From Macrostomum lignano (taxonomy: Eukaryota): DNA of 64,000 nt. The stretch lies in the NCBI GenBank assembly GCA_002269645.1, contig NIVC01001701.1, forward strand, positions 31,899-95,898. The letters are read 5' to 3'. Of the stretch, positions 42,555 through 57,900 are shown piece by piece; position 1 is the stretch's first letter, and each line of letters starts with the position of its first letter. Under the pieces are notes generated by a model that saw only the letters and a list, made by a program, of their open reading frames with translations, searched no databases and was not told the DNA's origin. The translations under genes were made by a program, and so were the position numbers.

Positions 42555-43790
42555 TGGGAGATTCTCTGAGGTGGATAAGGGAGATTCTGTGGGGTGGATG
42601 ACGGAGATTCTGTGGTGTTGGTGAGGGATATTCTGTGAGGTTGGTGAGGGAGATTCTGTGGTGTTGGTGAGGGATATTCTGTGAGGTTGGTGAGGGAGAT
42701 TCTATGGAGTGGATGAGGGAGATTCTGTGGGGTGGATGAGGGAGATTCTGTGAGGTTGGTGAGGGAAATTCTATGGAGTGGATGAGGGAGATTCTGTGGG
42801 GTGGATGAGGGAGATTCTGTGAGGTTGGTGAGGGAAATTCTATGGAGTGGATGAGGGAGATTCTGTGGGGTGGATGAGGGAGATTCTGTGGGGTGGATGA
42901 CGGAGATTCTGTGAGGTGGATGAGGGAGATTCTGTGGGGTGGATGACGTAGATTCTGTGGGGTGGATGAAGGAGATTCTGTAGGGTTGATGAGGGAGATT
43001 CAATGGGGTGGATGAGGGAGATTCTGTGAGGTTGGTGAGGGAGATTCTTTGGGGTGGATGACGGAGATTCTGTGGGGTGGATGAGGGAGATTCTGTGAGG
43101 TTGGTGAGGGAAATTCTATGGAGTGGATGACGGAGATTCTGTGGGGTGGATGAGGGAGATTCTGTGAGGTTGGTGAGGGAAATTCTATGGAGTGGATGAG
43201 GGAGATTCTGTGGGGTGGATGAGGGAGATTCTGTGAGGTTGGTGAGGGAGATTCTCTGGGGTGGATGACGGAGATTCTGTGGTGTTGGTGAGGGAGATTC
43301 TGTGGGGTGGATGAGGGAGATTCTGTGAGGTTGGTGAGGGAGATTCTGTGGGGTGGATGACGGAGATTCTGTGGTGTTGGTGAGGGAGATTCTGTGGGGT
43401 GGATGAGGGAGATTCTGTGAGGTTGGTGAGGGAGATTCTCTGGGGTGGATGACGGAGATTCTGTGGTGTTGGTGAGGGAGATTCTGTGGGGTGGATGAGG
43501 GAGATTCTGTGGTGTTGGTGAGGGAGATTCTGTGGGGTGGATGAGGGAGATTCTGTGAGGTTGGTGAGGGAAATTCTATGGAGTGGATGAGGGAGATTCT
43601 GTGGGGTGGATGAGGGAGATTCTGTGAGGTTGGTGAGGGAGATTCTCTGGGGTGGATGACGGAGATTCTGTGGTGTTGGTGAGGGAGATTCTGTGGGGTG
43701 GATGAGGGAGATTCTGTGAGGTTGGTGAGGGAGATTCTGTGGGGTGGATGACGGAGATTCTGTGGTGTTGGTGAGGGCAATTCTGTGAGT
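42555..43790 (+). repeat. About 23-bp compound minisatellite (GGATGAGGGAGATTCTGTGGGGT / GGTGAGGGAGATTCTGTGAGGTT variants)
   Basis: Read directly; it explains the 423-aa ORF. Confidence 0.95.
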
Positions 43791-44192
43791 TTTGAGAGAT
43801 TTCCTAACGGTGCCTTGAGTGCTGGGACCCGGAGACGAGTTTATCACCGGGGCAGCAGAGACTGCAACTGCACACACAGCAGGTTCGCAGCAGAAATTAC
43901 TGCATGGGCAACTCATTCTGCCGAGGACACACGCGGGCTGCATTTTCCGACTCTCCACTGAGAGCTGGCAAATAACGGCTTCTGATTGGCTGGCTGCGCG
44001 CTAATCCGGCATGAGAGCTGATAAAACTGCCGCCCGTGAGCTCTTCTGCCTCTGAAAACGCCAGCTTCACCTGTAAACTTTCTCAGAAAGGTGAGCCGGT
44101 CTAAATGATAAAAGTAATCATTTGCATAATTCTCAATACTTAACTATCAATCATTTGACTCAAGAAGATCAGCAGTTTCCAAGGCTCCAGTC

Positions 44193-45193
<1,001 letters not shown>

Positions 45194-45589
45194 GTGCCGT
45201 CTTCAGCGGGACCTCATCGATTTTTGTGACTCCAAAACCGGACATGTTTTTTCATTCATTGCCCAAAATTTTGAAAATGGGGAATAAAGTGAGGCTGCAT
45301 GGGATCCTGATTTCCGATGGGCAGTGTAGGGTAATCTGTTTTTTGTTTTAATGAGCTCGGATATACTGAAAGCCCATCTATCTTTATATCAACTGTACAT
45401 GCCTTCTGCTTTAGATACACTTGCGACTTTCTGGTAATTAGTGAAATGCGGATTAAGAACTTCTCTTGTTAACTGTACATGTAAAACTGAATTTGTAATT
45501 GCCGGATTTCAACTCATTTGAGTAATGGATTTGAATACATTGTATTTGTAAGATTTCACATAGGTTTGAATTCTGATCAATGCGCCGGT

Positions 45590-46010
45590 GTCAGTGTCAG
45601 TCAGTGTCAGTGTCAGTGAGTGTCAGGGCCAGTCAGTGTCAGTCGTGTCAGTCAGTGTCAGTCGGTGTCAGTCAGTGTCAGTCGGTGTCAGTCAGTGTCA
45701 GTCGTGTCAGTCGGTGTCAGTCGTGTCAGTCAGTGTCAGTCGCTGCCAGTCGGTTTCAGTCAGTGTCAGTCGGTGTCAGTCAGTGTCAGTCAGTGTCAGT
45801 CGTGTCAGTCAGTGTCAGTCAGTGTCAGTCGGTGTCAGTCAGTGTCAGTCGCTGCCAGTCGGTGTCAGTCTGTGTCAGTCGGTGTTGCAGTCGTGTCAGT
45901 CAGTGAGTGTCAGGGTCAGTTAGTGTCAGGGCCAGTCAATGTCAGTTAGTGTCAGTCGGTGTCAGTGAGTGCCAGTGTCAGCCCCTGGTGTCAGTCAGTC
46001 AGTGACGTCA
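45590..46010. repeat. Irregular GTCA/GTGTCAGT low-complexity array
   Basis: Read directly. Confidence 0.9.
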
Positions 46011-46569
46011 GTCCCGTTTCGTCGGGAGGTCAGCAAGTATGCAAATTTTACTCATATTCGCAAAGCGGTTCCAAAAGGCCCAGAACTGTACGGCAAGCTA
46101 CAATGAAGAGGCGGCTTAAATCCACCCCACCGCCTTCCCATCAGCGGTTTTATTGTTAGCAACGGCCGAACAGCAGTACCTGGCCGGCCGGGAGCAAAGG
46201 ACGGGATATTTCGCTATAGTCTCAAGAGCTCAGATCCCAATTGCTAAACGGGAGGCGGGCGGTGGGAAGGCAGTCCGATGATGGCGCTAGCCCAGACTCT
46301 GGCAACACCTGCTGGAAATTTTCAAATGATGCGAGACAGCAGCGCCCCCCAGGTCGGGAGAGCGACTGCAGGTGAGGCAGGGTGAGTGCTTGTGTGAGCG
46401 GCCTGCACCCCCGCTGTCAATTGCCAGCAAGGCGATATAATGAGTTGATTGTTGAGCAGATATGCATAATGAATATTTTTAATGATGGGAACTCAGCGAG
46501 CACTTTTGGAGCCGGTAAACACGAAAAACGCTTCTTGTATATGGAATTCTCAGGCTGAGCCACCGCCCT

Positions 46570-46815
46570 CCCAGATCTTAAGTTGCTGTACCAGCCTCCC
46601 AGATCCTCAGTTGCTGGGCCAGCCTCCCAGATCCCCAGTTGCTGGGCCAGCCTCCCAGATCCCCAGTTGCTGGGCCAGCCTCCCAGATCCTCAATTGCTG
46701 GGCCAGCCTCCCGGATCCTGAGTCGCTGGGCCAGCCTTCCAGATCCTCAGTTGCTGTACCAGCCTCCCAGATCCTCAGTTGCTGTGCCAGCCTCCCAGAT
46801 CCTCAGTTGCTGGGC
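46570..46815 (+). repeat. 28-bp minisatellite family, locus 2
   Basis: Same unit as 28735-29070. Confidence 0.92.
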
Positions 46816-47224
46816 CAAGCTGCAGTCCCCAAAGCAGACACAGGAAAGGCAACTGCAGGTGTTAGGGCAGGCGCTGCCCCAGACGCGAACAATCACAAGC
46901 CCAAATTAATGATGCAAGGCATACGCGTGTATTTGATGAGCGGCTGCAAGTCGATCATGAATTATAATTTAGATATTTATGAGCAATTTATAACTATAAT
47001 AAAGCATATGATTTATAAGGCAATGTAGTTATAAATTTAGTAGCGCTGTGGCCTCCAGTAAAAGTGATTGATTTATTGGCGAGCAGTAGAGGGTCAGCCG
47101 GGCAGTCAGTGGCATCGCATCTGTACAGCGACTCGCGCAAACACAAATATTGGAAGCGGAGCTGAACTTTTGAAGGCCCTTTGAATAGAAACTGAAGCTT
47201 TGGCTATGGGAAACGCTGGACCGT

Positions 47225-47575
47225 TTTACTAATTGGACAGTGGAAAATTCCATGAGCTACAACTGGAAACAAACTAATTGGACAGTGGAAAATTCCATGA
47301 GCTACAACTGGAGACAAACTAATTGGACAGTGGAAAATTCCATGAGCTACAACTGGAGACGAACTAATTGGACAGTGGAAAATTCCATGAGCTACAACTG
47401 GAGACAAACTAATTGGATAGTGGAAAATTCCATGAGCTACAACTGGAGACGAACTAATTGGACAGTGGAAAATTCCATGAGCTACAACTGGAGACAAACT
47501 AATTGGACAGTGGAAAATTCCATGAGCTACAACTGGAGACGAACTAATTGGACAGTGGAAAATTCCATGAACTAC
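47225..47575 (+). repeat. 45-bp minisatellite, about 8 copies
   Basis: Unit ACTAATTGGACAGTGGAAAATTCCATGAGCTACAACTGGAGACAA. Confidence 0.95.
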
Positions 47576-48039
47576 AGAGGCACACAGACACACGCGGAAG
47601 ACCGCAACAAGAGCAGCAGCAGGGGCTTTAAGAACAGATCTGTGGAACCCGAAGGTCAGAGAATCCCCAGTCAGCAGGATTAGGAAGCATTAAACCATTA
47701 GTAAAACACGATATATGCATATCAAGTGAAGGAAAGAGAGCATGTTACTCATCAGTAGTAATGCAAGGTTAGTAAAAGTAGTAAACAGCGCGAGTTGCTA
47801 GCGGAGAGGATAAATTCAGCACTAAGCCGGTCACTGATCAGCCAGTGACACCAAGAATTTGAATACACAGTTTGTACATGCAGTAAGTTACATGCATAAA
47901 TAGATATGCCAGCATCACAATACATCAGATATTGCTTTGACAGAATTGGGCGCGAATAGCAAAAATAGAGGGTCTGGGGCGACTGGAGATGCCTTGAATC
48001 ATGCGGGGCATGGAGAGAGTGAGATCGATTGAGAGACTG

Positions 48040-48040
48040 A

Positions 48041-48093
<53 letters not shown>

Positions 48094-48846
48094 TGAGAGA
48101 GGGGAGGAGAGAGATGGAACAAGAGAGTGAGACACAATGAGAGATGGAACAAGAGAGTGAGATACAATGAGAGATGGAACAAGAGAGTGAGATACAATGA
48201 GAGATGGAACAAGAGAGTGAGATACAATGAGAGATGGAACAAGAGAGTGAGACACAATGAGAGATGGAACAAGAGAGTGAGATACAATGAGAGATGGAAC
48301 AAGAGAGTGAGATACAATGAGAGATGGAACAAGAGAGTGAGACACAATGAGAGATGGAACAAGAGAGTGAGATACAATGAGAGATGGAACAAGAGAGTGA
48401 GATACAATGAGAGATGGAACAAGAGAGTGAGATACAATGAGAGATGGAACAAGAGAGTGAGACACAATGAGAGATGGAACAAGAGAGTGAGATACAATGA
48501 GAGATGGAACAAGAGAGTGAGATACAATGAGAGATGGAACAAGAGAGTGAGATACAATGAGAGATGGAACAAGAGAGTGAGATACAATGAGAGATGGAAC
48601 AAGAGAGTGAGATACAATGAGAGATGGAACAAGAGAGTGAGATACAATGAGAGATGGAACAAGAGAGTGAGATACAATGAGAGATGGAACAAGAGAGTGA
48701 GATACAATGAGAGATGGAACAAGAGAGTGAGATACAATGAGAGATGGAACAAGAGAGTGAGATACAATGAGAGATGGAACAAGAGAGTGAGATACAATGA
48801 GAGATGGAACAAGAGAGTGAGATACAATGAGAGATGGAACAAGAGA
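48040..48846 (+). repeat. (GA)n tract followed by a 30-bp minisatellite GAGATGGAACAAGAGAGTGAGATACAATGA, about 24 copies
   Basis: Read directly; it starts about 100 nt downstream of the PPP1R12 stop codon. Confidence 0.97.
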
Positions 48847-48946
48847 GCGAAATAGAATTGGGATAATGAGACAGTGAGAAATGAGAGATGGACTTGGGAG
48901 CGGAGAACCGGGCGAGCGCGCAGCGAGAAGCAGTCACGGGAGCGGC

Positions 48947-51900
48947 TCAGGTAGCCGCAGACTGGGTGCTGAGGCGGCTGATCACGCGGATGAGGGAGGT
49001 GTTGTCTGCTTTCAGCTTGCTGTTCTCCAGCCTGAGCTTGTTCAGCTCCGCCTCCGCCTGGGCGGCCTGCAAATTTGAGGAACAGGTTTGGGAGATGCGG
49101 CCAGTGAGGCTGCAGAAGCTTGGCTGACTGCACGCAACTGTGGAATGCTGGGGAATGAGTGGACCAGGCATAGGCGTAGAAAAACATTGAGAGAGATCGA
49201 ATTAAAAACGGGAAGAGGTGACAGGGTAGAGAGAGGATGGAGATGGAAGAGAGGAGAGGGTAGAGATGGGAGAGGAGAGGGTAGAGATGGAAGAGGAGAG
49301 GGTAGAGATGGAAGAGGAGAGGGTAGAGATGGAAGAGAGAGGGTAGAGATGGGAGAGAGAGGGTAGAGATGGGACGGAGGAAAGGGTAGAGATGGGAGAG
49401 AGAGGGTAGAGATGGGAGGGAGGAGAGGGTAGAGATGGGAGGGAGGAGAGGGTAGAGATGGGAGAGAGAGGGTAGAGATAGGAGGGAGGAGAGGGTAGAG
49501 ATGGGAGGGAGGAGAGGGTAGAGATGGGAGGGAGGAGAGGGTAGAGATGGGAGGGAGGAGAGGGTAGAGATGGGAGGGAGGAGAGGGTAGAGATGGGAGA
49601 GAGGGTAGAGATGGGAGAGAGAGGGTAGAGATGGGAGAGGAGAGAGTAGAGATGGGAGAGGAGAGGGTAGAGATGGGAGAGAGAGGGTAGAGATGGAAGA
49701 GGAGAGGGTAGAGATGGGAGAGAGGGTAGAGATGGGAGAGGAGAGGGTAGAGATGGGAGAGGAGAGGGTAGAGATGGGAGAGGAGAGGGTAGAGATGGGA
49801 GAGGAGAGGGTAGAGATGGGAGAGGAGAGGGTAGAGATGGGAGAGGAGAGGGTAGAGATGGGAGAGGAGGGTAGAGATGGGAGAGAGGGTAGAGATGGGA
49901 GAGAGGGTAGAGATGGGAGAGGAGAGGGTAGAGATGGCGCTCAAGAATCGCCAATGCTGCAAATCCTCACCCTCTCCTGAGCCTCGTAGCCGGCCAGACT
50001 CCTGTTGATGACGGCCCGCTGCTGCAGCTGCTGCTCCTGCTGCTGCTGCTGCAAGGTTTCGAGCTCGCGCCGCATGCGGTCCATCTCCCGCCTCATCCGG
50101 CCGTTCTCCCGCTCCAGCTGCTCAGAGCGGATTTTCTCAGTCTCGAACATTCTGCGATAGTCCGTGGCCGGGGCTGCCGAGCTGCCGCCATGGAATGAAT
50201 CCGGCCTGACGCGGAAGGAGCTGCTGCCAACCTGCAAGGATTGGCTGGGGTTACCGTCAATAAGCCCGATGCCCGAACCCGAGCTGAGCCCGCACTCAGC
50301 CCGGTTGCCGAATTTCCCCCAACTTTCAATCACTTGCATTGGCCCGCCCCTGGCCTGACACATCTCATCCCCTGGCCTGACACATCTCATTCCCTGTCCT
50401 GACACATCTCATTCCCTGGCCTGACACATCTCATCCCCTCGCCTGACACATCTCATTCCCTGTCCTGACACATTTCATCCCCTGGCCTGACACATCTCAT
50501 CCCCTCGCCTGACACATCTCATCCCCTGTCCTGACAAATCTTATCCCCTGGCCTGACACATCTAATCCCCTGGCCTGGAATCTCATTACCTGACCTGACG
50601 CACAAAATCCCACCAAACTAATACCATTCAGAGCTCTGCCATTTCCAATTGATCCCCTATCCAACAACTGCCACGTGCCACCCAGCCCAACGCACCTCTT
50701 CAGTCCGGCTCGGCCAGGCAGACGCAGTCGTGGTAGCAGCCGGAGGCTCCTCGGAGCCCGCCGCCAAACCGGCCTTGCTGACTGCGGCAGACGACTGCTG
50801 CTCGTCAGCGGCAGCGGGCGGTTGGTTGTCCACGGAGTCGGCGGGCGCCGCCCGGGAGGCCATCAGCTTCCGCGCCTGCTCCACTTCGTCTGGGGTGACG
50901 CCCTGCGTCAGCCGCTTTGTGGCGCGATTGTGGCGCGAAATCCGGCGCCGCTCGGTCTCGGACTCCTCGGCCTTCTCCTTCTCCATGATGACGGACACAC
51001 GCCGGTGCGAGGCCGCGGCCGGCGGCTGCCGCTGCGGCGACAGGGAGCTGCGGCTGCCGTTCTGGTCTGAAGCCACGGGCGCCACCACCGAGTTGGCGAG
51101 CCGACCGCCTGCCGTGCCGCGCAGCCGCTCGAGTCGGTCCGCTGGCGCCTCCTGCTGGGACAGCCGGCTGCCGGCTGGCGGCTCCGTCTGCGGATTTTGG
51201 GGGTTGGGGAAAGCCTGAGGTCAGGTGGTTGGGGAAGGCCTGAGGTCAGGGGGTTGGGGAAGGCCTGAGGTCAGGGGGTTGGGGAAGGCCTGAGGTCAGG
51301 GGGTTGGGGAAGGCCTGAGGTCAGGGGGTTGGGGAAGGCCTGAGGTCAGGGGGTTGGGGAAGGCCTGAGGTCAGGGGGTTGGGGAAGGCCTGAGGTCAGG
51401 GGGTTGGGGAAGGCCTGAGGTCAGGGGGTTGGGGAAGGCCTGAGGTCAGGGGGTTGGGGAAGGCCTGAGGTCAGGGGGTTGGGGAAGGCCTGACGTCAGG
51501 GGGTCGAGAAGAGGGCGAGGTATGGCGACGGGGGCAACGACCACACGTGCAGTCGACCCACCTTGGGAAACACCAGCGGACTATTGAAGGAGGCCGACAG
51601 CCCGACACTGCCGGAAGCCGGCTTTGTCCCGCCAGCCGCGGACGAAGACATGGTCAAAGCGTCGGCCGCTGACCGGACGCGACCGCCGCCGATGCCCGCC
51701 CTGGCCTGAGGCTGGGTGTTCTGCCTGACTGCCACCGATGAGGAGCTGCCAGTTGAAGTCTCCTGAAGGCTCTCCATGCGGGTGAGAATGCTCTGCAGGT
51801 TGGGACATAACCAGGTGGGAAAACAATGACGCCTGACACAGACACCAGGGATGGTCTGACACAGACACCAGGGATGGGTCTGACACAGGGATCAGGGATG

Positions 51901-54900
51901 GGTCTGACACAGGGATCAGGGATGGGTCTGACACAGGGATCAGGGATGGTCTGACACAGGGATCAGGGATGGTCTGACACAGGGATTAGGGATGATCTGA
52001 CACAGGGATTAGGGATGGGTCTGACACAGGGATCAGGGATGGGTCTGACAGAGGGATTAGGGATGGTCTGACACAGACACCAGGGATGGGTCTGACACAG
52101 GGATCAGGGATGGGTCTGACACAGGGATCAGGGATGGGTCTGACACAGGGATCAGGGATGGTCTGACACAGGGATCAGGGATGGTCTGACACAGGGATTA
52201 GGGATGATCTGACACAGGGATTAGGGATGGGTCTGACACAGGGATCAGGGATGGGTCTGACAGAGGGATTAGGGATGGTCTGACACAGGGATCAGGGATG
52301 GTCTGACACAGGGATTAGGGATGGGTCTGACACAGGGATCAGGGGTGGGTTTGACACAGGGATCAGGGATGGGTCTGACACAGGGATCAGGGATGGGTCT
52401 GACACAGGGATCAGGGATGGGTCTGACACAGGGATCAGGGATGGGTCTGACACAGGGATCAGGGATGGGTCTGACACAGGGATTAGGGATGGGTCTGACA
52501 CAGGGATTAGGGATGGTCTGACACAGGGATTAGGGATGGGTCTGACACAGGGATCAGGGATGGGTCTGACACAGGGATCAGGGATGGGTCTGACACAGGG
52601 ATCAGGGATGGGTCTGACACAGGGATCAGGGATGGGTCTGACACAGGGATCAGGGATGGGTCTGACACAGGGATCAGGGATGGGTCTGACACAGGGATCA
52701 GGGATGGGTCTGACACAGGGATCAGGGATGGGTCTGACACAGGGATCAGGGATGGGTCTGACACAGGGATTAGGGATGGTCTGACACAGGGATTAGGGAT
52801 GGGTCTGACACAGGGATCAGGGATGGGTCTGACACAGGGATTAGGGATGGTCTGACACAGGGATTAGGGATGGGTCTGACACAGGGATCAGGGGTGGGTC
52901 TGACACAGGGATCAGGGATGGGTCTGACACAGGGATTAGGGATGAACCAGAACATTCAGCTGTCAATATTGCTTGGACAGGCGCGCAAGAAAAAACACGC
53001 TCGTATTTTAGAGGCTCGAGAAAGCTATTGATCGCATTTCGAAGAAAGCATTACTAAGCGAAACGATTGTCGTTAGAGAGGCCAGAAAGTACAGTGCTTC
53101 AGGCTGACTAGCTAAAAGTACATTTCGAGTTAAGGATTTGCTAAGACTACTGGATTTTAGACAGGACAATCCGATTACATTGAATTTAGTTCAGAAACGG
53201 TGTACGAGTATTGCAAGAGTAACCATTTCTAGACAAGTATAACAGTGAAAATGAACAAAATATGTGCGGCCGAATCAGTTCTCTACAGAAACTACCGAGC
53301 ATTCAAAGACACTGTCAAACTACCGTATTTACTCTGACTACCCACACCCTACCATACCTACTCTGACTACCCCACACCCTACCATACCTACTCTGACTAC
53401 CCACACCCTACCATACCTACTCTGACTACCCCACACCCTACCATACCTACTCTGACTACCCCACACCCTACCATACCTACTCTGACTACCCCACACCCTA
53501 CCATACCTACTCTGACTACCCCACACCCTACCATACCTACTCTGACTACCACACACCCTACCATACCTACTCTTACTACCCCACACCCTACCATACCTAC
53601 TCTGACTACCCCACACCCTACCATAACTACTCTGACTACCCACACCCTACCATACCTACTCTGACTACTCCATACCCATACCCTACCATACCTACTCTGA
53701 CTACCCCACACCCTATCATACCTACTCTGACTACCCACACCCTACCATACCTACTCTGACTACCCACACCCTACCATACCTACTCTGACTACCACACACC
53801 CTACCATACCTACTCTGACTACCCCACACCCTACCATACCTACTCTGACTACCCCACACCCTACCATAACTACTCTGACTACCCACACCCTACCATACCT
53901 ACTCTGACTACTCCATACCCATACCCTACCATACCTACTCTGACTACCCCACACCCTATCATACCTACTCTGACTACCCACACCCTACCATACCTACTCT
54001 GACTACCCACACCCTACCATACCTACTCTGACTACCACACACCCTACCATACCTACTTGACTATCAAAACTGCTGTCTACACCAGACCCTACCTTAAATG
54101 CATGGTTTAACTATAAGACACAGCCAAATTCCAACATGCTGAAAGGCCCAAAACGCAGACTGGTAGTCTGGGATAGAAAGAAAGTTTTCACTACAAAGAA
54201 CAGCTGATCAGGAAACAGGCAACAAATGGCGATGCAAAACTCAACAAACGAATGCATGCGAAAATGCACCTGAACTTCGTACACATGTAATAAAAGCACC
54301 ATGTATACAATATTAGTGCACTGTATAGTACTGGTTGTCAAGGAAACACGAGAGGCCTGTTGGTCACTTACATCCTCGGGCACAGTTTGCACTGGCGTGG
54401 CCTGAGCGAAATAGGGGAATTCTGAGTATAATTCCTGGCGACTGCGTTTAAATAGTGATACTGGGCAGTGCCTCATTGTGTGCGTTCATGATGCAGGAGG
54501 ATCAGGGAGGCTGGCTCAGCAACTGAGGGTCTGGGAGGCTGGCCCAGCAACCGAGGATCTGGGAGGCTGGCCAGGCAACTGAGAATCTGGGAGGCTGGCC
54601 CAGCAACTGAGGATCAGGGAGGCTGGCCCAGCAACTGAGGGTCTGGGAGGCTGGCCCAGCAACTGAGGGTCTGGGAGGCTGGCCCAGCAACTGGGGGTCT
54701 GGGAGGCTGGCCCAGCAAATGAGGGTCTGGGAGGCTGGCCCAGCAACTGAGGATCAGGGAGGCTGGCCCAGCAACTGAGGATCAGGGAGGCTGGCCCAGC
54801 AACTGAGGGTCTGGGAGGCTGGCCCAGCAACTGAGGGTCTGGGAGGCTGGCCCAGCAACTGGGGGTCTGGGAGGCTGGCCCAGCAAATGAGGGTCTGGGA

Positions 54901-57900
54901 GGCTGGCTCAGCAACTGAGGGTCTGGGAGGCTGGCCCAGCAACTGGGGGTCTGGGAGAGTGAAGATCAAAGCCAAGCAGTGAATCGGCACTCGTGAGAAA
55001 TCCAATAAAACCAAACTGTCCTGGTGGTGCTCACCCGAACTTTGCTCCTACTCGTCTGTGCTTCCGTCGCCGACTCAGGCGCGGTCGGGGCGGCCGCCGA
55101 GCCCGCGGGGATGATTTCTATCCGGCGCTTCGCCGACACAACACCAGAGGCCGGCGACGAAGACGAAGCGACTGAAGTTGGCGCAGGCGACTGACTGGCC
55201 GGAAGAGGCGGCGGAGGCTGCGACGGCGGAGGCGGCGACTCGGAGGTCGTTGTGATAACGAAGCCCGGAGGTGACGGGGTGGGCCGCCTCTGCTGCGGCT
55301 GCTGCAGCTGCTGCCTGGCTTCGGCAGTCGACTTGCGGAGCTCGTCATCCGAGCTCAACGACTCGCTGGAGGCCAGCGGCGACCTGCCCGGCGGCGCCAC
55401 CGCTGAAGTCGCCGCGGCGGCAGTTGGCAATCCCGCCGATTGTGTGGTTGCCGGGGCGACGGCGTTGCCTTGCAACAGCTTCTCGGGTGCTTCTCCTGTT
55501 CGGCGCCTTCAGGGTCAGGTCGTGCCGCTCCGACTGAGGCAGCCGCGTCACCGAGCTCCTGGCGGACGGGGAGGGGGGCGAAGGCTGCTGAGTGAGGGGC
55601 TGAGGGATGGCAGAGACAGGCTGCTGAGTGAGGGCTGAGGGGATGGCAGGGACAGGCTGCTGAGTGAGGGGCTGAGGGGGTGGCAGGGACAGGCTGCTGA
55701 GTGAGGGGCTGTGGGGCTGAGGGGATGGCAGGGACAGGCTGCTGAGTGAGGGGCTGTGGGGCTGAGGGGATGGCAGGGACAGGCTGCTGAGTGAGGGGCT
55801 GTGGGGCTGAGGGGATGGCAGGGACAGGCTGCTGAGTGAGGGCTGTGGGGCTGAGGGGATGGCAGGGACAGGCTGCTGAGTGAGGGGCTGAGGGGATGGC
55901 AGAGACAGGCTGCTGAGTGAGGGGCTGAGGGGATGGCAGGGACAGGCTGCTGAGTGAGGGGCTGAGGGGATGGCAGGGACAGGCTGCTGAGTGAGGGGCT
56001 GTGGGGCTGAGGGGATGGCAGGGACAGGCTGCTGAGTGAGGGGCTGTGGGGCTGAGGGGATGGCAGGGACAGGCTGCTGAGTGAGGGGCTGTGGGGCTGA
56101 GGGGATGGCAGGGACAGGCTGCTGAGTGAGGGGCTGTGGGGCGAGGGGATGGCAGGGACAGGCTGCTGAGTGAGGGGCTGAGGGGATGGCAGAGACAGGC
56201 TGCTGAGTGAGGGCTGAGGGGATGGCAGGGACAGGCTGCTGAGTGAGGGGCTGTGGGGCTGAGGGGATGGCAGGGACAGGCTGCTGAGTGAGGGGCTGTG
56301 GGGCTGAGGGGATGGCAGGGACAGGCTGCTGAGTGAGGGGCTGTGGGGCTGAGGGGATGGCAGGGACAGGCTGCTGAGTGAGGGGCTGAGAGCAGATGGC
56401 GGGGCCGGCGGCTGGAGAACCAGATGAGCTGAAGAACAAAGAGAGAGTGAGCAATTAAACAAAGCATTTAAAGCCCATCAGATTCGGACAACTTGCTCTG
56501 AAAAGAATTAGCAAAGCTGATGCTAGCTGTGCTCAGACTGACTGCTGGCTTCATGTGACTTTGTGCACGCAATCGAGACAGGCCTTGACTAAAGAAGAAC
56601 ATGCTTAATGTAACATATGAGAATCATGCGCCTAAAGGCCAGTAGTCTAAAATACGATTGTGTCAACTAGTTAAGCCCAATGTGCTAGATGCCAGCAGGA
56701 AGGCAACGAACACGGAAACAGGAAAACAACAAAACGGCAGAACAGAAATCCCGAACTGCTAAATGCGAGTTCAATCGGGGAACACGCGACAGGATTTAGC
56801 AAAATCAGAAATCAGCGCGTATAGACAGGAAATACACAGACAGCCCTAGCAACAAACTTTTTCTGGGCTGCAGCAGCTCCAACTTGCGAAACAATTTCGC
56901 TGCTGAAAATGTTAAATAAAAACAGATCTTATAAATAGAAAATTTATGCTAATGTGGCATACAATTTAATTCTGTAGTCAGCTAAATCCCTAACCAGAAC
57001 TGAGTTAGTCACAAAGCAACTGAGCTCACCGTCTCATCGAGTGCGCGCGACCCTCTTCCACTTTCAGAGTGGAAATAACGGGAGCTGGGCGCTTCATCAC
57101 TTTCTCCTGCATTATCTGCAATATAAAAGCGGACAATACTACTCAGTCAATTCAAAAGTAGAGTAGAAAGGCATTGGGAGAATTATATAATATAACAGCC
57201 ATTAACAGTCCGCTCTGCTCACCTCGCGCTGTTTAACTTTGAGTTCCTCGAGCAGCGGCTTAACGGACTCGTCGGCAAGATCAAAGACCGTTTGGTTCTG
57301 TGGTTCGAGAGTTCAAATAGCGATTTGCTGAGAATGCGTACTTACGACTGCTAGCATCGGTCACCGACTGCGATAAAATAATGCCACTTGAAAGCTGGCG
57401 AGGCATTTTCTATTTTAGCTTACAGTCAAAGTTACTCCTGCCTGACACTTGCGAAGTTGCTCGTTACTAATAAGCTGGCGAAGAATTTTTATATATAACA
57501 ACAGCCATAGTGACTCCCACCTGACACTTACAGCATTGGTCAGCGCGTCCATGTTGGCCCATTGGCCACCAGCATCCGACAGGCCTCGGCCTGGCCCCAG
57601 TGCGCGGCAGCGTGCAGCGCAGTCCAACCGTCGTTATCGACAGCTTCCAGCGGCACGCCGGGACAGAGCAGCAGCTCGGCCAGAGCCTGCTGGTAGCCCT
57701 TGGCGGCGGCCACGTGCAGCGGCCCGGCGTTGGCGACAGGATCGCGCAGGTCGCGGTAGCGCCCGGCCCGCCGCCACTCGATGGCGTCCGCCAGCATCGC
57801 GGCAGCCTCGGCGTTGCGAGCGGCGGCCTCCTCGACATCCGGCAGGCCGGTGCGCAGCAGGTTGCGCATCTCGGACTGTTCAGCGACATCGACTGGTAGG

